Shown: one piece after another, positions 11,701-19,448 of the stretch
How the letters are laid out: each line of letters begins with the position of its first letter
Position numbering within the stretch: position 1 is the stretch's first letter
IMG/VR virus record: IMGVR_UViG_3300009537_002640
Location: 124,001-188,000 of that record
DNA length: 64,000 bases
Reading direction: 5' to 3' (one strand)
Position numbers and translations under genes: made by a program
The notes under the pieces: model-generated
What the model saw: only the letters and a program-made list of their open reading frames with translations
What the model was told of the DNA's origin: nothing
The model's database searches: none

Positions 11701-11855
11701 TTGCCTTGTGGGTTTTTCCCCAATGTGCGTTCAATTGCGAACACAGCATCACGCAAGGAGTTTATTGCATCTCCGCCAATTTCGGTTACATTATTATCTA
11801 CGCGAGGGAGTTCGACATCGCTATCAAACTCGCCAGGATAAGAGGATTTACTCAT
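8733..11855 (-). CDS. Virion structural (baseplate-associated) protein, paralog of the 1702-aa protein
   Basis: 1040 aa; shares 'FDSDxExPRVDxNVTEIxGDxINSLRDAVFAI', 'PNxARV', 'PISAY...LxIAH' and 'RxNGVxxGF' blocks with 3611..8719. Confidence 0.7.
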   Translation of the reverse strand: MSKSSYPGEFDSDVELPRVDNNVTEIGGDAINSLRDAVFAIERTLGKNPQGNTATLVDRINRSLDANGDIKASALSKRGLVTLPITNVHIGSNAGVLESKLDLDYSTASLSGRITSNVIDIDALRTAFNAFTAQTINHFLGLGNRHDGYMIDLVDPIRSSDDVETALHVVNNAFTAHEESTTGAHRASGISVNDEFINFSADDVQEALVELDVLSSGTSEDHQDNLHQNGIGLNDRGEVGDQGNLAHTTLAPTIFQTELSKSTQVMQVMRPNVARVTSKGIDFRAMRVGQSNVLRIQAGGVDRGPLDVNFSALIPSSSESALLANEITLDQVVEAINIKAQGCEDHYPISAYNTNGQLTIAHTIPGEEFTIQIDNTVQFSAATALGFGDVTSTVFTWPGGAHAGFVGGAKVTDLQSLVKIKHSHIVKPLNTLALGLGNLADYGLTIGNEGRVLVNITNHSTTPTDNGTHYIIGYPNNQSITLSADIQNGEFDLEIVADSVNFENTANGEIFDIFVEYVGDGYGKVTKSRRVSYQPISGVTPISVSDGFPTANVEWQVTDNSEIQFHENNFGGLPVAIPSATYRGQLKVYAPDNKHSAIFEVHDVPSTARENFNVLTSGKEADRLHVGSVHHAGNFISSNRPQLKFVVDKRLQGAALDNSTEDALAKTPLEKALSYIRNNGVIDGFTVVDYDQTSFRIRGGRALVDGRIVEVETQTLELHNLSAASRLLLLDRNGKFILKHEFDPGFTFEDLTEGDSYGDNRGLVPLVQFETTGTELDGYFTDRRLIVGKLDKRVLDLQTDLNARIDRVEESVSGSMWGFTEATASSSNGDGYLASLDPGNNDGFVYIPTGLAGDTTTLHARGFSGGLNPFISSRRFEFSDPDTIKTSVFKSVGMTHINVFAEAEYADATGTQPFGVSGTVHVELGIAVESGTSTTTVSEEYARVKTIFTGVLPSNSVVERYVVSIPIGQLHITNNGLFDFVPRVRILNSTSVDGGTGQGVNPTISFNHVRVVTSSYSIAGNISNVDGTSTPLSASVGDVL

Positions 11856-11859
11856 TCAT

Positions 11860-12870
11860 TCACCATAAGTAGAATAGTAGGTCAATATTAAATGACCACT
11901 GGCTGCCAAAATATGCAAAGGGAGTTCCTGCTGAGGCGCCTATAGCAAAATTAAGCTCTCTGTCAAAGAAGGTAGGATTATATGATATGCCTATCCTTTG
12001 CTCCCATTTCTTAATGTCTTCAAAAGAAAACCCTGTATGGGTATTTATCCCTAAACCATTCCAGTTGAAAAACTCTACACCCAATCCCAACTTAAGATTC
12101 CCACTATCAGGAAATGCAGCAACAGACCCCAACACCACAGGCCGTAGTGTAAACAGGTCCGTCCAATTCCATTCTTCTTCAATTGAGGGTGGGTTTGAGT
12201 AGGTAAAGTCTGAATCTACGATATCAGCCTTCGCATTAGGAATGGGCTCGTATTCGCCTTGTTCGTTCTGTGTAACTTCACGTAAAACGAGGCGGCGAGT
12301 TTGCAGCGAGCCATCTTCTTGTTCGTAGACCTCACCATAGATCTTAAACACTTGCTCACTCTCGAATACTTCATCGCCCTCTTTGAAAATATTGGGGTCC
12401 TTTAGTCGAAACCTCTTAAGAGTATCCTCCCAGTTATAACTGATAATACAATTGTCAGATACACCCTGACATTTATCGCCTTCAGTTTCAACTACTACAG
12501 TTGTTGTACCTCCCTGCAACTGTTGTCGTAAATCAGCTATAGTTCGGTCCATACTCTTAATCTTTAGCTTGTGGTCTTTAACGAACTTATCAAAATCTTT
12601 ATCTCGCTCTTCTTTAGCCTGTTTCCATTTTTCGGCAAGGTCTTCTTGAGTAACTAGTTTTGATTTCATTACTCCAAGTTCGTGTTTAGCTTCTTGTAGC
12701 TCACGTTCTTTATCAGAAAGCTGCCCCTGTACTTGTCTCTGGTATGTTTCCCACTTTTCATTGGTTCTTCTATTTTCACAATCACGGGCCCAGAGACCTC
12801 CACCGAGCATGATTGCCATTAGTGCATATAGGAAGTATTTATTTCCTAAAGCAGTCAATAAAGCTTGCAT
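11860..12870 (-). CDS. Membrane-anchored coiled-coil protein with C-terminal amphipathic beta-strands (spanin-like candidate)
   Basis: N-terminal hydrophobic helix (YFLYALMAIMLGGGLW), about 90-aa coiled coil, about six alternating beta-strands ending in the aromatic FYLW. Confidence 0.5.
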   Translation of the reverse strand: MQALLTALGNKYFLYALMAIMLGGGLWARDCENRRTNEKWETYQRQVQGQLSDKERELQEAKHELGVMKSKLVTQEDLAEKWKQAKEERDKDFDKFVKDHKLKIKSMDRTIADLRQQLQGGTTTVVVETEGDKCQGVSDNCIISYNWEDTLKRFRLKDPNIFKEGDEVFESEQVFKIYGEVYEQEDGSLQTRRLVLREVTQNEQGEYEPIPNAKADIVDSDFTYSNPPSIEEEWNWTDLFTLRPVVLGSVAAFPDSGNLKLGLGVEFFNWNGLGINTHTGFSFEDIKKWEQRIGISYNPTFFDRELNFAIGASAGTPFAYFGSQWSFNIDLLFYLW

Positions 12871-12891
12871 AATCTTTCTCCTTAATCATTC

Positions 12892-15800
12892 TTAATAGTT
12901 ACTACCAACAGTAGTGCCTGTATTTGCTCCCGATGCATTGCCCCAACCTATAGCATGGTTAGTGAAGGTTATGCCTGAATATGAACTAAACAGGTTTAGT
13001 GCAACCAACAGTTCGGATTCGATTCCACCTCCGTGACCACTTGTAGGCACAGAGAATGAGTCTAGTAAGCTTAGCCCACCAGTCATAGCATTACCTACAA
13101 TAACAACGCCATCCAATTCAGAAGAACCTGAAGAGGTATCTAGAGTGAGTGAACCAGGACCAGAGTTTCCAGTGAACATCAGGCCCTGCATTTCATTTGC
13201 AGATGTGCCGCCGACAGTTAGACTTGTTGCAATAACGTTCCCTACCCAAGATGAATAGGTGAAGTTATCAGTTCCACCAGATGCTGTCCTGGTAAATGTT
13301 ACCGCTCCCTGGCATACATTACCATTGAAAGCTATTCTATTGAGAGCAGGATTGTCGCTCGTGCTAAGCGTAAATGTACTTAGAAAAGTATTATTTGAGC
13401 AGTTAATATCTAGCCACCCCTCAGTCGTAACAGTTCCCTCAAACACATTGGAGTTAATCAATGTATCAGACAACATATCTGAGAATATAGTAGTGGACGC
13501 CGCATGATTGTCAGAAAACCTAGAAGTAGTTAATGAACCAATAGTGACGGTACTGAGACTATTACTAGTTATATTAGAATCGGTGCTATTGCCGCGCAAG
13601 GTGCATGCCCCCGATATCCTGTTACCAGTTATTGTACTGCTCAGAATTGTCAATGTAGCGGCATTACGACCAGCGCTAGCTACTAACAGATCTGAAGCTA
13701 TTGCATTGTTGCTTATAGATGAAGCTTCTATTGCCCTAACTCCAGTAGTACCAGTAAGCGAGGACGCTATAATCATATCCGCACCTATCGTGTTGTCATT
13801 GATAGTGCTACGTATTACAGAACCGGTGGTGCCTGTAGTGTTATTTATGGTTAGATCTATACCTATATGGTTGCCAGTTATAGTGCTATCAGTTACTGAT
13901 ACAATATTATCGCCACTAGTTATAGTTACATTGCCACCGAAAGTATTGTGTGACACTATGCTATCTAACATAGCATAATCGTCTAAAGTAGTGAAAGAGG
14001 CGGCACTAGTAATCCTATTATTGGAAACCACAGAATATATCAAACATCCGGATGAGCCACTACCTGTACCGGCAGTATTAGATACTGTGAGAGTGCTTAC
14101 AAATGTATTATTAGACATAACTGATTCATACAAGTTACCCAACGAGCCGAAAGCGGTAGAAAATGATGCAGTGCTTTCGCATGTATTCCCTATAAAGCCA
14201 GACCTGTATAACACACCGCCAAATGTAAATGTACCTGAAAACACATTGTTAGCAATCTTAACCGCATTGTAAGTATAGCTACCAGATGAGGAGCCAAATG
14301 TGCCCCCAACATTATTGTTGGCTATAATAGTGTCATCTACATTAGACGTAGCTAAACCAAAATTACCAATTATGGTATTTCCATTTATTACTGAATCAGC
14401 AATAGTGCTACTGAAAGTTAAAGATGCCAATGAATTAGATGATAGCGTTAGATAACTAGATGCACCTAAAGACAAGCTCGTAGGAAAATCGTTCCCGCTT
14501 ATATTAGCACGAGTCAATGTCCCAAAGCTTGTAGCGGTAACAAAATTATTACCTCCTATATTAGCATCGGTTAAAGTACCAGTGATACTTGTGGTACCAG
14601 TTTCAATCTCATTGCCTATAAACACCAAATAGTCAATAGCGGTGCCTATAGTGAGACCGTCCATATTGTTGCCCACTACAACAACATTATCTTGGCTAAT
14701 GGTAGCACTCAAAGTCATAGTGCCATCTATGTTGTTATTGCTGAGAACTGTGTTGTTCTGGGAAGACCCATCAATCACCAAATCAGTACCTATTCTGTTG
14801 TTAGTTATAGATACAGCAGTTAAGGTGCTACCGGTACTAAAATCAAGAGTCAATATATCATTGCTATCAAATACTGTATCACTAATAGCCCCAGTTAATG
14901 TTGCAGATGACATTAACCTATTGTTAGAGAATACAATGTCATCCATAGCCTGAGATGTAGAAAATGCGGTCGAAATAGAGTTACCTTCAAACACAGATGA
15001 TGTCATACCACCATTAACTGTTAAAGTCCCAAGTATTATATTGTTCGCAAATGTAGTTCCCTGGGTAATACCGCCATCTAAAACCAATGTGCCCGCGCCA
15101 TCAGCACCTATCATGTTACCTACACATACCGAACCTCTGAGTTCACCAAGTGTGCTTGTGCCATCAGTTGTATTTCCTTCTATAATAGAACCTACCAAAG
15201 TACCATTAGCTGTAAACGAATCGCACACATTGTTTACAATTTCAATCTTATTGTAGGTAACCTGGTCATCAGGTCTTCCGGTAGGAGCTACAACAATAGC
15301 ACTGCTAACCCTGTTATTAGATATAGTACTATCTGTCACAAAGTATGCTGGATCACTTGCTACATTAGTCATACCTTGTGCTATCAACATACTTCCGCCA
15401 ATAACGTTCCCATCTATCAATGAATCGTCAATTAAGGTCTCAGGAGTAGCTGAGCTAACGCCATAATCTATATCAAAGTTTCCAGACACATAGTTACTAG
15501 ACAGGGTTGATTCTTTAAGAGCCAAACTACTCAATGAATTATCGCTAGCCTCTATAAAAAAGTTTCCTGTTATAATGTTGTCAGAGATGTGCGATTTTTG
15601 TAAAACGGCATGTGAAGCATCTGATGTTCCACTTATCACCACAACATTATTTGGGGCACCAGCATTGTCTCCTATCATATTACCAGATATAGAGGAATTA
15701 AGTATAGTATCGTTAGTACTGGTACAATTTATATCTAGTACTCCGCTTACATGACAATTGCGGAAGTGAGAATTTGTCATTACAGTTGTTGATGCAGTAA

Positions 15801-18800
15801 AATCTACTTCGGTCACATCTAATTCGCAATTCTCAACAGTAGAGTCTGTTAAGGAAGTAAAAGTAATCAAATCTCCGCTACCCCATGCGACATTGGTATC
15901 CATTACACAATCTGACACTTTTGATCTATTTAGGGTAGAGAAATTAATACTTTGCCCAGAACCTATAAGAAGACGATTGTCAGTAAACAAAACGTCAGTA
16001 AATGAACCGAAATTCATATCAGTTGTAGCGGAAGTAGACTCGAATACATTAGAGGATATAGCTGAACTAGTAATAGCTCCAGCAAAATTGATTGCCGGAG
16101 TGCTACCACTATTTATTCCAGTATTTCCAGTAATTGTACTATTATCTACAATACTACCAAAACTCATGCTCTCTACAACATTATTGTTAACTGTAGAACT
16201 AGTAACACCATCACCTAAAGTCATGCTAGAGCGAGAGATGTTATCATTCACGTGTGATGTGGTTATAGTACCACTTAATGAAACGGTGCCAGCATCATTA
16301 GATGTAACCTCTGAATCTAATAAGGTGCTAGATGATAGAGTATCAGATACTACGTTGTTTGATAATTTACTATCAGTCAGGGTACCAAGGGCTAAGTTTC
16401 CACCCACAGAGCAGTTTGATATAACTGAATCAGTGAGATTACTAACAGTCATGGTGCCACCAACTTGATTGCCAATAGCTGTAGATTTATTCCATGTTGT
16501 GTTATTCCAAGTACCACCTATAGTGTTGTTAGACATGGTACTTTGGTTAGAAGTAGTGAAAGAAAGGGCACCTGTGATGGCATTTCCATTTAGTGTAGAG
16601 TCATCAAATGATGAATTAAATGTTAAATAACCATCAATATTATTATCAGACATAACCACATTAGTAAAGTCTGAGTTCATCAACATGCCAAATGCATAAA
16701 CATTATTATCATTAAGAACGCTCTGAGTTAGGTCTCCATCAAACTCTATAAAAGGAGCAGAGTTATTTGCAAAAATCAAATTATCGGAAACAGGAGTAAT
16801 CTGAATAGACTCATAAGCCTTGTTGCCAAGAACACTAGAGTCGGTAATAGGACCACCTCCGACGAACAAAATATCAGTTGCATTATTTTCTACTACCAAT
16901 TTAGTAGTAGAAGCTTGTGCCCCCAGCGTGCCTGTACCAAATACTCTAATATAACTGCCGCTATATTTAAGCTCATTGTCTGTAATAGAGACACCATCTA
17001 GACGATAATTTTGTCCACCGGCATCTGAATCCAAGAAACCAATATGCCCAACATCTTCGAAAACATTACCTGACACAATCACATTCTGTAAAGTTAAAGT
17101 TCCAGAGACAACATCGGTAGGCATAAATTGAATATCTCCGTTGCCAGTTATTATGTTGCCACTCACAACTATATTTCTTGTAACAAAATCGGTCGCTATA
17201 GATACTTCTGGTTTCAATATTCGAATATGATTGGTGCGATTCTCGTTAAATCTTATGTTGTTGAGGAACCAAGACGACTCCAATCTAACGCCTCTAGCTC
17301 CAACAAACTTATTATTGCTGAAATCTATATTACTAAATGTGGCCCAATTTGGAGGATCAGCTTGGTCATGGAACAATACATTTCCATGGAGCAAGTTACC
17401 TGAAACATTTAGATGATTAACATGCAATACCGCATTGCCACCTACAGTTCCAAATACTACAGCATTATCAGGATGACTAAAAGAATTTCCTACTATGGTG
17501 GCGTCCACGACATCAATATCACTAACAGCAGCAGTAGCATCTGTACCAATCAATACTGGTTGCTCACAAATATTATTCTCTAGGTGTAATCCTTTAACAA
17601 CATATCCGCCTGTACCAGTTAAATTACATGCTATTTGCAAATCATTGAAGAATTGATTGTTAGTCAAACGAAGATTAAGGATATTTTCTCCTACAGATGT
17701 TCCGTTTCCATTAACAGTAACTGGGCCAGAAAATGTGCTTCCATCTACCGATGTATTGCTAACACTATTAGGGATGCTCAATTTACCAGCTGAAATGTGA
17801 CTAAGTGAAGAATCTTCTACATACCCATCCAGGGTAATGTCTCCCAACATATCGCCAGAAAAACTACATCCGGTTAGTCCTTCATATGCAATTAGTGTAT
17901 CTATAGCATTTCCTCTAAAGACAGAATCGGTCATATGATAAACTTCAAGAGTACCAACACCGCTGTTATCTACAAATCTAGCCTGGTGCATTCCATCTTG
18001 AGCACGAACCCTGATGTCTTGCTCATTGCTCATAACATTGTTCGATACACTAAGCTTCTCTATCAATTTAGCTCGATTACTAGAAAGATATATAGCATAT
18101 CCGTCGTGAGTGCCAAAATCGTTATGCTCTACTTTAAAATCGTCCAAACTGTATTGCCCATTAATTCCAGACCACAAGCTCTCAGTTATATAAGTAACCC
18201 TGTTGCCAGTAGAATATGGTCTAAAGACATTGTTTTTGATTAGGAAGTTGCGATATACTGCTGTGCTACCCAATGTACTCACTGGGTCAAGCTCTATAGC
18301 AGATTCAGTTTGAGTTGATACGTAGAAATAGTTGTCGGATATATCTACACTCTCTAGAAGCTCGTTTGATGTATCGACATTGATTCGAATCATGCCACGA
18401 GTACCAGTAGTGGGCACCCCATATATAGTCAGTCCTTTGATAGCTGATGAACCACCAAAGATACGGAAAGCTGCTGCGGTTTCTGGTTTGGTAATGCGAG
18501 CACGGTGACTCAAACCAACAACTCTTACATTTGCAGGAATATGCACGGTGGATTCATAGGTATAGTTTCCTTCTTTGACGTATACAGTTCCGCCAAGTGT
18601 AGCTAATGAATCTACAGCCATTTGCATAACAGAGCTGGTTGGCCCATAGTAGTTACCGTAACTGTCTGTACCATCTCCAACTGTAACAATATTTACATCA
18701 TCTGCATCGACCAGGGTTGGGCCAGTGTATCTATAGAAAGTAGCGAATAGGCTGAACCTACCGCTTGCATTTGTTGTACCATCTCTGTCGCCGAACACAT

Positions 18801-19434
18801 TAAATGGATTAAATACACTACCCTCCCCGCTTATTGGTGAACCAGTTAGTCTAACTATACCATTTGCATAGTCAACAGTCCAACGTGCGTCACTACCAAT
18901 TCCATTTTGAGCTGTAGGGTCAGCAGTGATTGGAATAGCTCCATAGCCTACGTATGCATCTAGAGTTCCACCATTATCATAAGCGGGGAATAATGCCAGT
19001 TCGAAACCACGAGTTGTGACGTCATCATCGGCTGCGTGACCTCTGCCGGGAGACAAATCAGGTGGCACCAAATGCTTTATGCGCACTCGTTCTACATCTA
19101 CCGGGTCATCAGACTCGGGAACGGAATGAACTGCCATGAATGTTTGTGAACTTTGAGTATCATCTATACTTGAAGATGGGACAGAATACAGTAATGTTTT
19201 ATTGTGACGAGTTGCAACAGCACCGCCACCGTATCCATCGTCGCCGTAATCAGGAGAGGCAAAATTACTTAGAGCAGTAGGGGTCTCACTGAAGATATCA
19301 TCTCTTAGTACAATAGTAGATGTACCAAAAGGCTCTTCGTGAACGGAGTAATCAGGACCCAGCGTATTTGCTTTACGCTGAGCAAGCTTATCTGCTAAAG
19401 CAATTTTTTCCTTTTCCAAGTCAGTAGTTGACAT
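12892..19434 (-). CDS. Giant right-handed beta-helix tailspike/fibre protein
   Basis: 2180 aa; 'MQMAVDSLATLGGTVYVKEGNY' beta-helix cap followed by dozens of about 21-aa 'SxIxxNxIxG' coils. Confidence 0.75.
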   Translation of the reverse strand: MSTTDLEKEKIALADKLAQRKANTLGPDYSVHEEPFGTSTIVLRDDIFSETPTALSNFASPDYGDDGYGGGAVATRHNKTLLYSVPSSSIDDTQSSQTFMAVHSVPESDDPVDVERVRIKHLVPPDLSPGRGHAADDDVTTRGFELALFPAYDNGGTLDAYVGYGAIPITADPTAQNGIGSDARWTVDYANGIVRLTGSPISGEGSVFNPFNVFGDRDGTTNASGRFSLFATFYRYTGPTLVDADDVNIVTVGDGTDSYGNYYGPTSSVMQMAVDSLATLGGTVYVKEGNYTYESTVHIPANVRVVGLSHRARITKPETAAAFRIFGGSSAIKGLTIYGVPTTGTRGMIRINVDTSNELLESVDISDNYFYVSTQTESAIELDPVSTLGSTAVYRNFLIKNNVFRPYSTGNRVTYITESLWSGINGQYSLDDFKVEHNDFGTHDGYAIYLSSNRAKLIEKLSVSNNVMSNEQDIRVRAQDGMHQARFVDNSGVGTLEVYHMTDSVFRGNAIDTLIAYEGLTGCSFSGDMLGDITLDGYVEDSSLSHISAGKLSIPNSVSNTSVDGSTFSGPVTVNGNGTSVGENILNLRLTNNQFFNDLQIACNLTGTGGYVVKGLHLENNICEQPVLIGTDATAAVSDIDVVDATIVGNSFSHPDNAVVFGTVGGNAVLHVNHLNVSGNLLHGNVLFHDQADPPNWATFSNIDFSNNKFVGARGVRLESSWFLNNIRFNENRTNHIRILKPEVSIATDFVTRNIVVSGNIITGNGDIQFMPTDVVSGTLTLQNVIVSGNVFEDVGHIGFLDSDAGGQNYRLDGVSITDNELKYSGSYIRVFGTGTLGAQASTTKLVVENNATDILFVGGGPITDSSVLGNKAYESIQITPVSDNLIFANNSAPFIEFDGDLTQSVLNDNNVYAFGMLMNSDFTNVVMSDNNIDGYLTFNSSFDDSTLNGNAITGALSFTTSNQSTMSNNTIGGTWNNTTWNKSTAIGNQVGGTMTVSNLTDSVISNCSVGGNLALGTLTDSKLSNNVVSDTLSSSTLLDSEVTSNDAGTVSLSGTITTSHVNDNISRSSMTLGDGVTSSTVNNNVVESMSFGSIVDNSTITGNTGINSGSTPAINFAGAITSSAISSNVFESTSATTDMNFGSFTDVLFTDNRLLIGSGQSINFSTLNRSKVSDCVMDTNVAWGSGDLITFTSLTDSTVENCELDVTEVDFTASTTVMTNSHFRNCHVSGVLDINCTSTNDTILNSSISGNMIGDNAGAPNNVVVISGTSDASHAVLQKSHISDNIITGNFFIEASDNSLSSLALKESTLSSNYVSGNFDIDYGVSSATPETLIDDSLIDGNVIGGSMLIAQGMTNVASDPAYFVTDSTISNNRVSSAIVVAPTGRPDDQVTYNKIEIVNNVCDSFTANGTLVGSIIEGNTTDGTSTLGELRGSVCVGNMIGADGAGTLVLDGGITQGTTFANNIILGTLTVNGGMTSSVFEGNSISTAFSTSQAMDDIVFSNNRLMSSATLTGAISDTVFDSNDILTLDFSTGSTLTAVSITNNRIGTDLVIDGSSQNNTVLSNNNIDGTMTLSATISQDNVVVVGNNMDGLTIGTAIDYLVFIGNEIETGTTSITGTLTDANIGGNNFVTATSFGTLTRANISGNDFPTSLSLGASSYLTLSSNSLASLTFSSTIADSVINGNTIIGNFGLATSNVDDTIIANNNVGGTFGSSSGSYTYNAVKIANNVFSGTFTFGGVLYRSGFIGNTCESTASFSTAFGSLGNLYESVMSNNTFVSTLTVSNTAGTGSGSSGCLIYSVVSNNRITSAASFTTLDDYAMLDSIVSHNTFGGNVTITSGDNIVSVTDSTITGNHIGIDLTINNTTGTTGSVIRSTINDNTIGADMIIASSLTGTTGVRAIEASSISNNAIASDLLVASAGRNAATLTILSSTITGNRISGACTLRGNSTDSNITSNSLSTVTIGSLTTSRFSDNHAASTTIFSDMLSDTLINSNVFEGTVTTEGWLDINCSNNTFLSTFTLSTSDNPALNRIAFNGNVCQGAVTFTRTASGGTDNFTYSSWVGNVIATSLTVGGTSANEMQGLMFTGNSGPGSLTLDTSSGSSELDGVVIVGNAMTGGLSLLDSFSVPTSGHGGGIESELLVALNLFSSYSGITFTNHAIGWGNASGANTGTTVGSNY

Positions 19435-19448
19435 TTACACTCTCTCCA

